A DNA stretch of 64,000 nt from Chiloscyllium plagiosum (lineage: Eukaryota): positions 36,068,501 through 36,132,500 of the forward strand of contig NC_057718.1 of NCBI RefSeq assembly GCF_004010195.1, written 5' to 3'. Below the pieces are notes generated by a model that did not search any database, was not told the origin of the DNA, and saw only the letters and a program-made list of their open reading frames with translations. The translations under genes were made by a program, and so were the position numbers. Below, one piece after another: positions 50,655 to 62,221 of the stretch; the stretch's first letter is position 1; the number at the start of each line of letters is the position of its first letter.

Positions 50655-50872
50655 AGAGAACAGAAACTACTGGAGGAACTCAGCAAGTCTGGCAGCATCA
50701 GTGAAGAGAAAACAGTTAACATTTCAAATCCAGTGACCCTTCATCAGAACTGGACCCAAAACATTAAATTTATTTTCTGTCCACAGATGCTGCCAGGTCT
50801 GCTGAGTTTCTCCAGCGATTTCTGCTTTTGTTTATTTCAGATCTTCAACATCCACAATTCTTTGTTTTATTT
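50655..50872. mobile_element. Palindromic PLE-terminus insertion, family C, hammerhead core on minus strand
   Basis: Inverted arms (cagaaactactggaggaactcagcaagtctggcagcatc / gatgctgccaggtctgctgagtttctccagcgatttctg); minus 50714-50751 agttCTGATGAagggtcactggatttGAAAtgttaact. Confidence 0.8.
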
Positions 50873-51024
50873 TAGTTTGAGTTGAAAAACTTTGATTTAA
50901 ATTGCACATGATGCCACTTGTATGAGGAGAAATCTCACATGCTTTCTTTAATGTTGATTTTGGGTTTGACTGTTTCAGCAAATGTTTCACAAGGTGAAAT
51001 CTAGTCTCTCATTTCCATTCATTG

Positions 51025-51510
51025 GGATGACACGGTAGCTCAGTGGTTAGCACTGCTGCCTCACTGTGCTAGAGATCTGGGTTTGATTCCAGCCTTGGGC
51101 GACTGTCTGTATGAAGTTGACACATTCTTGCTGTGTCTGCATGATATCTGAAGTGAGGAAATGAAATGAAAAACAAAGAAAAACATCAAGTGCTTCATAA
51201 TTCCATGCATTGCTAACAATAAGAGCAGACTACAGAATGTTATTTATGATTCTGAAAATACAAACTGGTAAAAAAAAATCATGTAGTATTCTTGCTGTGT
51301 CTGTGCCTGTGGGTGCTCTGGTTTCCTCCCACAGTCCAATGATGTGCAGGTCAGGTGGATTGGCCATGCTAAATTGCCCCACCATGTCCACAGGCTAGTT
51401 TGATTAGCCTTGGGAAATGTAGAGTTACAGGGATGGAATGCTACTTGGAGGGTCGGTGTGGATTCAACGGGCTGAATGGCATGCTTCTGTACTGTAGGGA
51501 TTCTATCACG
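51025..51510 (+). mobile_element. Old V-SINE containing a 148-bp foreign insertion
   Basis: Head cacggtagctcagtggttagcactgc; V-domain split at 51140-51288. Confidence 0.85.
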
Positions 51511-51964
51511 ATTTGGGGAATCCGTTTTGTGCAGGTTATGGGTCTCTCCAGGGATTCTGACAGTATTATAATTTTTACTTTAATTACTGCTGAAAGGTAC
51601 ATCTGGCTGATTTCTCCATTTTCATTCTTTTCTTCCCTGAAAGCAAAAGAGCTATTCTCTCTGCTGTCAAATTAGTAATTTTCAAACCGTGTAAGTGCTG
51701 TTATGTGTGCTAGCTTTCATACATAAATGAATAAATTGCCTTCAACCAACATGAGTGCTCAGTTTATGATTCTTTAAAGGGGTAATTTGCAAATCCCAGT
51801 TAAAAGTTGAAAAAGATGGTTTCAGGCATTGTGACTGGAGGGAAGACGATAGACTTTGGAACTGGCATGGAGATGCTGGATTTAGGATTGAAGAAAGGAG
51901 TACTGGCTTTGAATCTGAGGCAGATTAAGATGGAATAATTTATAAATCAGCATGTTTTCTATTA

Positions 51965-52332
51965 GAGGTGAAGGGAGTCACAGGTAGATAGGATAGTGAA
52001 GAAGGTGTTTCTGGGGTCAGGGAGTCCAGAACTAGAGGGCATAGGTTTAGGGTGAGAGGGGAAAGATATAAAAGAGATCAAAAGGGCAACTTTTTCACGC
52101 AGAGGGTGGTACGTGTATGGAATGAGCTGCTAGAGGATGTGGTGGAGGCTGGTACAATTTCAACATTTAAAAGGCATTTGGATGGGTATATGAATAGGAA
52201 GGGTTTGGAGGAATACGGGCCGGGTACTAGCAGGTGGGACTAGTTTGGGTTGGGATATCTGGTCAGAATGGACGGGTTGGACCGAAGGGTCTGTTTCCAA
52301 GCTGTACATCGCTATGACTATGACTATGACTA
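51965..52332 (+). mobile_element. CR1 3' fragment with internal deletion
   Basis: ORF 52052 RGERYKRDQKGNFFTQRVVRVWNEL; (atgact)n tail. Confidence 0.9.
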
Positions 52333-53589
52333 ATTCTTATGTTTTAAACAATTTATTTATTTATAAAAAGGAATGTTGAATGAAACACTGGATCCCCTCT
52401 GTAGTTCTATTTTCCTATATCTAGCTAATGATTAGAATACTTTGCCACTCGATACTACCTGATTTTTTTTTTACCAGTTTGTATTTCAGAATCATAAATA
52501 ACATTCTGCAGTCTGCTCTTATTGTTAGCAATGCATGGAATTATGAAGCACTTGATGTTTCTCTTTGTTTTTCATTTCATTTCCTCACTTCAGATATCAG
52601 CTGTACTTTTTATTTTAATCAATTAGTCATAACCTTTATTTTTGAAACCATTCTGCAATCACTTTGTAAACTGATGCTGTTGCCTGGCAGCCTAATCACA
52701 CAATTATCGGAGGTCAGAAACCTTTCAGTGTAGCTTTATAAGGAGGCAAATACACTTTGGTCACCGTCATCCCATTATTTAAGCTCTTGTGTCATGAATA
52801 GACTTGCTCTAAATCTGACCCTTAGTTTGAACCTGACAACCTGTACACGTGTGTCAGCAATTGTGCATGTGGGTGATAACAACTCTGATATTATATACTT
52901 CGTTTTGATTTGCATGCCATACATGCAGAATGTTTCTACCAGTGTATATGCAATACAGCAGACTATTATGCTCTATTGGTATTGTTCACATACTGTTAAA
53001 GATGGTCAGCAACTTGGCATTCTTCCATCTATGACACACATGCACAATCCATTTCAGATGGGTCTCTTCACACAGCACACATTTGCTGATGGCTGAAAAC
53101 GTGCAATCATTCAGAGATAGGTTCTATCACAAAACTTCTGCTGCACATTTCCAAATGTCCTAGCTTGTTATTATTTTCCACGCCTGGTGCCAATCCTCTG
53201 TAACCGCTGCTCCATGGTCAGTCCGTAGGAGGTGTTGTCATTTGCCTTGGTTCTCAGCTAGTATTTTCCAAGTGCAATAAATTATGTTTAGGATTCACGC
53301 CACACTTGCAAGCATACCCTCTAGCAAATGTGCTGAGCCAAAGAAGTTGCATCTGTTTGTTGATTGCTAACAAACGTGGGCACTCTGCCCCTGAGAGAAG
53401 TGCTGCATTGGTGATTTTGCCCTGCCAGGATATATCTATCATAAACATTTTTAGTTTTTGCTGTCTGCAGTGTATCTTCTTTTCATTGGGTAGGAGTAAA
53501 CAACTAAATTTCCGCAAGAATTAATAGTTCAAGCAGAGGGATTATTCAAGATCCTTTGGTTGTAAATTTCCAATTAGCCCAAGATGAGT

Positions 53590-54115
53590 GTGTTAGCTGT
53601 GGTTCAATTAATAGCACTTGTGGCTCTGTATTCAAGTTTCAGTCCAGGACTTGAGCAGAAATCTCTCCACCCTGCAGGCACCCTGCCTCTATTCCTGAAT
53701 AAGGGCTTTTGCCCAAAACGTCGATTTTCCTGCTCCTTGGATGTTGCCTGAACTGCTGTGCTTTTCCAGCACTACTCTAATCCAGAAATCTCAATGCTGA
53801 CTATGCAATGTAGCACTGAGGAAATGTCACACAGTTGGAATGTGGTGGCATTTAAATGAAACGTAAAGCTTATGCTCTGATATTCTTTTACAGTGCATAG
53901 GGGTGGGTGGGGGGTTGAGTGTAAAAGATTCATTCTTGTAAAGAAGGCCAGGGAGTTATCCATGATGTCCTATCTAATATATATTTCTCAATTTCTATGG
54001 CTATTAGTGCCTTGCTGTTTGTGACAGTTGCTATGTTGAAATTGCCTGCTGCATTTCCTACTTTACAACAAATACTGTACTTCATTGACTGTAATTAACT
54101 CTGGAGAGCATCCTA
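53590..54115 (+). mobile_element. Degenerate Deu-domain SINE (DeuSINE superfamily) with a PLE terminus inserted
   Basis: caggacttgagca..aatct..gctgac...cactgagg...atgaaacgtaaa and cttgctgtttgtg...tgctgcatttcctactttacaaca recall the DeuSINE central domain and tail. Confidence 0.6.
53666..53782 (+). mobile_element. Solo PLE terminus, family A, 10-bp TSD
   Basis: attcCTGAATAagggcttttgcccAAAAcgtc (mutated core); cagaaatctc at 53656-53665 and 53783-53792. Confidence 0.8.
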
Positions 54116-54160
54116 GCCAGTGCTCTTTAGTCCCTAAAATAAATCTGCTATATTTGTTGT

Positions 54161-54266
54161 TAGTTCCGAAGAAGGGTCAGTGAACCCGAAACCTTGGCTC
54201 TAATTTCTTTCCACAGATGTTGCAAGACTTGCTGGGTTTTAACAGCAACTTCTGTTTTTGTTTCTG
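54161..54266 (+). mobile_element. Solo PLE terminus, family C
   Basis: agttcCGAAGAagggtcagtgaacccGAAAcc...ccacagatgttgcaagacttgctg. Confidence 0.65.
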
Positions 54267-55098
54267 TTATATTCACTCTTAGTCTTCACTAACCCCCAAG
54301 ATGCTACACTACTCATCAGTCTATTTACTAATTGTACATTTAAAAATTCCAGTATACATTCCGCTTGCTGCAAAAGAGCTAAATTAACCCAATTAGCCTA
54401 ATTTAATATTTTACACAAGGTTTTAGTAAATTTTGGAAGCTTTCTTTGATATATATATGTTAAGGAAATTGAGATAAAAGAGAACAGCAAGTGGAGTATC
54501 ATTTCAGAAACTGAAGTTCTGGTCACTGGGCAACTTCCAACCAACCAATGATTGCAGATATACAAAGCTCAGCATGTCTATGTGCTGGCAACCCATCAAA
54601 AGCCATGTCTTCAACTCCCCGGGTGGTTCTTTCACCAAGCTGGGCATTAACTGCAAGTATATGGTGTTGACACTGACTCCTCACCTCCTCATAACAGAAA
54701 TAATCAACAGAGCAAATAGAAGTGAATGCATAAAATAACAGCAACATCGGTAACATGGCACTACTCTTGCCCTTTCTCTCATTGCCTACTCTGGGTATTA
54801 ACATATTCTGCCTATGAAAATCATACCTAAGCCTTTATATCACAATCCGGGTAAAGATTCCTCCTCAACAAATTGGCTGTCATAGACATGTATTTGGAAA
54901 GGCAAGGACAGATTAGGGACAGTCAACATGGTTTTGTGCATGGAAAACCATGTCTCACAAACTTGATTGAGTTTTTTGAGCAAGTGACAAAGAGGATTGA
55001 TAAGGGCAGAGTGGTAGATGTGATCTATATGGACTTCAGTAAGGCGTTCGACAAGGTTCTCCTTGGGAGACTAATTAGCAAGGTTAGATCTCACGGAA

Positions 55099-55292
55099 GG
55101 AGAAAGTGAGGTCTGCAGATGCTGGAGATCAGAGCTGGAAATGTGTTGCTGGAAAAGCGCAGCAGGTCAGGCAGCATCCAGGGAACAGGAGAATCGACGT
55201 TTCGGGCTGAAGAAGGGCTTATGCCCGAAACGTCGATTCTCCTGTTCCCTGGATGCTGCCTGACCTGCTGCGCTTTTCCAGCAACACATTTC
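55099..55292. mobile_element. Young palindromic PLE-terminus insertion, family A, 14-bp TSD
   Basis: Perfect 70-bp inverted repeat (55138-55207 / 55223-55292); tagatctcacggaa at 55085-55098 and 55293-55306. Confidence 0.92.
55207..55240 (+). ncRNA. Minimal type I hammerhead ribozyme core
   Basis: CTGAAGA (55207-13), a-gggc/ttat/gccc, GAAA (55227-30), C-GTC; the 5' strand of stem I is truncated by the inversion junction. Confidence 0.7.
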
Positions 55293-56287
55293 TAGATCTC
55301 ACGGAATACAGGCAGAACTAGCCATTTGGATACAGGACTGGCTCAAAGGTAGAAGACAGAGGGTGGTGGTGGAGGGTTGTTTTTCAGAATGGAGGCCTGT
55401 GACCAGTGGAGTGCCACAAGGATCGGTGCTGGGCCCTCTACTTTTTGTCATTTACATAAATGATTTGGATGCGAGCATAAGAGAGTTAGTAAGTCTGCAG
55501 ATGATACCAAAATTGGAGGTGTAATGGCCAGTGAAGAGGGTTACCTCAGATTACAGCAGGATCTTGACCAGATGGGCCAATGGGCTGAGAGGGGGCAGAT
55601 GGAGTTTAATTCAGATAAATGTGAGGTGCTGCATTTTGGGAAAGCAAATCTTAGCAGGACTTATACACTTAATGGTAAGGTCCTAGGGAGTGTTGCTGAA
55701 CAAAGAGACTTTGGAGCACAGGTTCATAACTTCTTGAAAGTAGAGTCGCAAGTAGATAGAATAGTGAAGAAGGTGTTTGGTATGCTTTCCTTTATTGGTC
55801 AGAGTATTGAGTACAGGTGTTGGGAGGTCATGTTGCGGTTGCACAGGACATTGGTTAGGCTATTGTTGGAATATTGCATGCATTTCTCATCTCGTTCCTA
55901 TCGGAAAGATGTGGTGAAACTTGAAAGGGTTCAGAAAAGATTTACAAGGATGTTGCCAGGGTTGGAGGATTTGAGCTATAGGGAGAAGATGAACAGGCTG
56001 GGGCTGTTTTACCTGTAGAGTCAGAGGCTGAGGGATGACCTTATAGAGGTTTACAAAATTATGATGGGCATGGATAGGGTAAATAGGCAAAGTCTTTTCC
56101 CTAGAGTTGGGGAATCCAGAACTAGAGGGCATAGGTTTAGGGTGAGAGGAGAAAGATATAAAAGAGACCTACGGGACAACTTTTTCACACAGAGGGTAGT
56201 ACGTGTATGGAATGAGCTGCCAGAGGAAGTGGTGGAGACTGGTACAATTTCAACATATAAGAGGCATTTGGATGGGTATATGAATAG

Positions 56288-56384
56288 CGCTGAAAATGTG
56301 TTGCTGGAAAAGCGCAGCAGGTCAGGCAGCATCCAGGGAACAGGAGAATCGACGTTTCGGGCATAAGCCTTTCTTCAGGAATCC
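56288..56384 (-). mobile_element. Solo PLE terminus, family A, 15-bp TSD, intact hammerhead core
   Basis: Minus strand ggattcCTGAAGAaaggcttatgcccGAAACGTCgattct; tgggtatatgaatag at 56273-56287 and 56385-56399. Confidence 0.9.
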
Positions 56385-56619
56385 TGGGTATATGAATAGG
56401 AAGGGTTTGGAGTGATATGGGCCGGGTACTGGCAGGTGGGACTAGATTGGGTTGGAATATTTGGTCGGCATGGACGGGTTGGACTGAAGGGTCTGTTTCC
56501 ATGCTGTACATCTCTATGACTCTGTGACTCTATGACTTCATTCTTTACCATAGAAAATACTTTGAACATCTCATTAATACTAAAGAATATGGAGGTCGAA
56601 TTAAGCACCATCACCATCA

Positions 56620-58215
56620 CTATAGAAACAGTATTAAACAAACTAAGAGTTAGAGGCAGTATCAATTGAAAATTTTTCAAAAACAGTAGAGTTTTGGAGA
56701 TGTACCAGAGGATTGGAAAACTGTTAATTGATACTCCTATTCAAAAAAATGACAGAGGCACTTAGATTTCCAGAAGGTGTTGGACAAGGTACCTCATAAA
56801 CAGTTAAGTAATAAGATAAAAGCTCACAGTGTTAGAGCTAGTATATTGGAATGCTTAGAGAATTGGTTCATGGGCAGGAAACTGCCCATGGATTGTTTTT
56901 CAGATTGGCGACTTATGACCAGTGGGGATCAGTGATGGGACAGCAACTGCTTACGATATATGTTAATGACTTGGAGGAAGGATGTGAATCTACTGTAGCC
57001 AAATTTGCAGATAACACAAAAATAAGTGGAACGGTGGCACGGTGGCACAGTGGTTAGCACTGCTGCCTCACAGCGCCAGAGACCCGGGTTCAATTCCCGC
57101 TTCAGGCAACTGTCTGTGTGGAGTTTGCACGTTCTCCCCGTGTCTGCGTGGGTTTCCTCCGGGTACTCCGGTTTCCTCCCACAGTTCAAAAATGTGCAGG
57201 TTAGGTGAATTGGCCATGCTAAATTGCCGAGATGTTAGGTGAAGGGGTAAATGTAGGGGAATGGGTCTAGGTGGGTTGCTCTTCGGAGGGTTGGTGTGGA
57301 CTTGTTGGGCCGAAGGGCCTGTTTCCACACTGTAAGTAATCTCATCTAAAAAAAAGTAATCTATTCTAATCAAAACGGATTGTGAGAGAGATGCAAACTG
57401 TTTACAGAGAGGTATTGATATCACATTGATAGATTAAGTAATTGGCAAGAAGTTAGCAAGTAGAGTATAATATGAGAAAATGTGAAGCTGTTCATTTTGG
57501 AAGAAAGAGCAAAAGAACAAAGTATTACTTAAGTGGAGAAAAATTGCAGAAAGCTGCAACACAAAGGGACTTAGAGTACTTGTACATGAAACATAGAAAA
57601 CTATCACACAGGTCCGGGAGGCAATCGGTAAAGTTGATGTAATGTTGGCCCTTATTTCAGGGGGTAAGAGTAGGTAAGTCTTACTGCAACTGTACAGATC
57701 CTGGTATAACCATATCTGGATTACTGTGGGTAGTTTTTGATGCCTTAAGGAAAGATATTATTTCAATGGAGACAATTCAGAGAAGATTCACTCCCTGATG
57801 TGGAGGGATTATCTTATAAGCAAAGGTAAACAGCTTGGGACTCTACTCACTGGACTTTTGACAAATTAGAAGTGATCTCATTGAAACATGTTAAAGGCAC
57901 TTAACAGGGTAAATGCTGAGAAGACATTTCCCTTCATGGAAGAGTCGAGGAACAAAAGGCGTAGTCTCAGAATAAAGGGACACCAATTTAAGACTGAGTT
58001 GAGGAGGAATTCCAGTCTTTGGAATCCTTGCCACAGGGAGCTGTGGGGCCAAAATCATTGTATAGATTTAAGTATGAGACAGATAGATCAATAGGGGAAA
58101 TCAAGAGTTATAGGGAAAAATCAGGAGATTGGGTATTCAGAATGTCGAATAAGCCAACTGAGCAAGCTCAGTGCACCCAAATGGCCTACTCCTGTCCCTA
58201 CTTCTTATGATTTTA
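56620..58215 (+). mobile_element. Old CR1 LINE (degenerate RT to tail)
   Basis: IYVNDLEEGCESTVAKFADNTKISG; C-terminal ORF 57888; tail atggcctactcctgtccctacttcttatg. Confidence 0.85.
57030..57370 (+). mobile_element. HE1-like V-SINE nested in the old CR1
   Basis: Full head, V-domain and tail. Confidence 0.93.
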
Positions 58216-59258
58216 TGGACATATCTAGCCGTGTGCTATGACTATTCAGTTTATGCTCTGAAATTGTGACTTTTGACAGATGCTAGAGGAATAGCAATAA
58301 GGCACATCATGTGCCTTGTTCCATCAATAAGCCAAATACTTTGTGGGCATGCTCTGAAGAAACAGGAAATAGAAGCTTGCTGAAGACATAAGTCATCTGG
58401 AATAATAGAGTCTCTTACTGTCTTATTTCCTTTAGTGCCAGAGAAAACTCTGAGGCTGTCAACACTGAACAAGACTCCTGTGGTTACAATCATCTTTGTG
58501 TTTCTTGTAGCATCCCATAGAGATAATAGAAGGCTTGTTGAGAGAAGCTTTATGAAGAAACACATGAGATTTGTTGTTTAGAATCTGAGGGGAATTCTCA
58601 TGATTCAATTTGGTTGTAGTTCTATTAAACCCATGTGTTAATATAATGTGACAATCATATGAACAGTGACTGCTCACAGTACATTGTGTACTGCATGCTG
58701 TGATATCAGTTTATTGGGGATTCTCAATCTTTCTTGGATTTACTGTCATTCAATGTTTAAAGTTCTACTAGTTATGGTCAAAATAACCCACAATAAAATT
58801 TAGTTTAAAATTGTCACTTCTTGATTAATAATTTATATCATTGGATTTATGTTGGGCTTAATATGGTTTGCAGTTAATGTGATGCATTGGATTAAACAAA
58901 CCTCAAATAAAACCATGTTGTTAGCTTGTACATCACCATTTCATTTTTTGTGGTTGGAGTGGAAATGAAACTGTTAGTCTTCACTGTAATCACTCTAGTA
59001 AATGTGCCTATGACTTCTGGAACCAGAATGTCCATACTATAGTTAAATACAGAAATCCTGAAGTTTCTGTCAGTGATTTTACTCTTCTCTGGATGATGTG
59101 CTTTTGTGATTAACCCAAATGTTGAGCCTCACTGATTAAAAATCCTTAAAAAAGTTATATCTTGTTGAACGATGTCAAACTTGACTTTTAACAGTGTAAT
59201 AAGTTCATAATTACTGTAAACAACTTCAGTGACCATGAAGACATAACTTCATAATAGT

Positions 59259-60346
59259 TAGAACATAGACATAGAACAATACAGCACAGAACAGGCCCTT
59301 CGGCCCACGATGTTGTGCCGAACATTTGTCCTAGCTTAAGCACCCATCCATGTACCTATCCAATTGCTGCTTAAAGGTCACCAAAGTTTCTGACTCTACC
59401 ACTCCCACAGGCAGCGCATTCCATGCCCCCACCACTCTCTGGGTAAAGAACCCACCCCTGACATCTCCCCTATACCTTCCACCCTTCACCTTAAATTTAT
59501 GTCCCCTTGTAACACTCTGTTGTAAGNNNNNNNNNNNNNNNNNNNNNNNNNNNNNNNNNNNNNNNNNNNNNNNNNNNNNNNNNNNNNNNNNNNNNNNNNN
59601 NNNNNNNNNNNNNNNNNNNNNNNTCACTAAGAATCCTACCGTTAACCCTGTATTCCGCATTCTTATTTGTTCTTCCAAAATGGACAACCTCACACTTGGC
59701 AGGGTTGAACTCCATCTGCCACTCCTCAGCCCAGCTCTGCATCATATCTAAGTCCCTCTGCAGCCGACAACAGCCCTCCTCACTGTCCACAACTCCACCT
59801 ATCTTCGTATCATCTGCAAATTTACTGACCCATCCTTCGACTCCCTCATCTAAGTCATTAATAAACATTACGAACAGCAGAGGACCCAGAACTGATCCCT
59901 GCGGAACTCCACTTGCAACTGGGCTCCAGGCTGAATATTTACCATCTACCACCACTCTCTGACTTCGACCGGTTAGCCAGTTTTCTATCCAATTGGCCAA
60001 ATTTCCCTCTATCCCATGCTTCCTGACTTTCCGCATAAGCCTACCATTTGATCAAATGCCTTACTAAAATCCATGTATACTACATCCACTGCTCTATTCT
60101 CATCCACATGCTTGGTCACCTTCTCAAAGAATTCAATCAGACTTGTAAGGCAAGACCTACCCTTCACAAATCCGTGCTGGCTGTCCCTAATCAAGCAGTG
60201 TCTTTCCAGATACTCATAAATCCTATCCCTCAGTACCCTTTCCAATACTTTACCTTCCACCGAAGTAAGACTAACTGGCCTGTAATTCCCGGGGTTATCC
60301 CTATTCCCTTTTTTGAACAGGGGCACAACATTCGCCACTCTCCAGT
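59259..60346 (-). mobile_element. CR1 LINE RT-to-tail fragment (N gap at 59527-59623)
   Basis: ORFs 60009-60338 and 59497-60036 with [33 protein letters not shown]. Confidence 0.95.
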
Positions 60347-60919
60347 CAGATTTCTCCTTTATGGAAGTCTGGTGAGAATAGAATTAAGTGTAGCCTCGTG
60401 ACCTCATTTCTCATTGAGTTCTTCAAGACAGGAGAAAAGGAAGCAGGAGAAGGAGGAGAAAAAAGATAAATAAGGGTATCACCAAATAATAGATGTCTGC
60501 ACCACCTTGAATTTTTTTTAATTGTCAAACTTCATGAAATTTGTTTTCCTATTGCTATTGAATTATATACAACTTAAGCCATTTGTCCCATTAAATTAGT
60601 ATAACAATAAAAGTTGAAGATAGTTCTAGAGATTAGGGAGTTGAGACTATTATCAGGACAAAGGTGACAGACCCAGTTTTAGTTTTGTAATCCATGATAT
60701 TCATTCCTTATGTTGCCTTACCACAATTTGCACAGATGCTACTTCCATATTTACTTCCTTTCTTTCCATAGCTCTAAAATTATTAGTAATTTATCTTTCC
60801 TTGACTGTTTATGGCATTATACTCATGAAGCTATTAATAATGCCTGAGACATGGAGCTAGAATTTGCCTTCAGAATAATATGGAAGCTAACACATTTGCC
60901 TCATTATTATTTGTACAAA

Positions 60920-61310
60920 TAATAACTTGTTATTTTATAGCACCTTGAACTTGATGAAACAAGCCAAAATATTTTACAATCATTATCAAACAAATTACAA
61001 AATCACAAAGAAATATTAAAGTAGATGACCATAAAGAGTAAGTTTTCACATTTCAAAATCTATCTTTATGGAGGAGAGAGAGGTTCAGAGATAGTCATGT
61101 TTGGTGATATATAACAGAGCTTATTACTTAGGCAACAAAGGAATGACTCCCAATGTTAGGGTATTTAAAGCTGGGAATTCACAAGTTGCCAGAATAATTG
61201 GAGCATATGGATGTTAGGGAGTTGTAAGGCTAGAGGGAATTACAATGATGGGGATTACACAGCAATTTCAAGTGAGGAGAGTTGTGTGCTTAATTTGAAA
61301 GTGTGGATAT
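60920..61310 (-). mobile_element. L2-like LINE 3' remnant
   Basis: aataacttgttattttatagcacctt...ggaggagagagagg is the reverse of an L2-type tail. Confidence 0.55.
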
Positions 61311-61729
61311 TGCTGTCTGAGATGCACCCCTTTGCATGAACTATAAGAAGACAGATCTTTCTGTCATCCTCATGCATTGAACAGTGTGAAATTGCTGTAC
61401 TTGCATAGTAGACACAAATTAAGCTTGACACAGAAAATGAAGGTTTCTCTATTTCAGTCCAAATAGAGTTTTCGTTAATGTGATTAATCTTAATTATGGC
61501 AGAAGACCTCCCTGTAAATTAATAATTATAAACATGGAGTTTCAACTCTTCAAATATTTTTTTCTGGATGAAAAATAAAGAACATTTCAAAGAAAACCTT
61601 TTCTAACCATCTTGTTTCTTTTTCTCTCCCTCTTAATTCCATCTTTCTTCTCTTTGATGCCTGGGCCTGATTTGGCTTTGAATTCCCTATTCTGGCATGC
61701 CTATCCATTCAGAAAATTCACCCTGATTG

Positions 61730-61900
61730 TCCAGATCTCAGATGGTAATCATGCTCATAATCACTGAGACTAATTTTCTGTTCCAGATTTTTGTAATTGG
61801 ACTTCAAATTACTATTGTAGGATTTAAACCTACATCTTTAGATGCTTAGCCTGGGACTCCAGATTGCTAGTCCAGTGACATTATCACTATAGTACTGTCT
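61730..61900 (-). mobile_element. 5' half of an old tRNA-derived SINE
   Basis: Minus strand tagtgataatgtcactggactagcaatc...ggtttaaatcc (A/B-box-like). Confidence 0.55.
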
Positions 61901-62221
61901 AACCTCAAATTATTTGTTGGCTACAATAAATTTTGAACCTGAGAAAAGAATCATGGATGCACCGTAGGCAAGCCTTATCCATTTTCAATTAATATCTTTA
62001 CATGTTCACTCTCAACAGAGATACTGAAAATGAAAATGGATAGCCAGCCAATATTTCTTGCCCTGACGCTGCTGCTAACTGCAACATTATTGACTCCTGT
62101 TCGTAAAGAACCCTGAAACAGCACATCTAAGGACTTACTGCATGAGACCCAAGGCTTCTCAAAGCCCCATGATTCTCATGCATTGAAGGCGGGCTTGATA
62201 AAATATTCTGGTGTACTTTTA

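Larger units (their letters stand above)
54886..56537 (+). mobile_element. CR1/HER1-like LINE (RT to tail) carrying two PLE-terminus insertions
   Basis: ORFs 54873, 55524 and 56061 with RT motifs (CLTNLIEFF, MDFSKAFDK, QMEFNSDKC). Confidence 0.95.
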
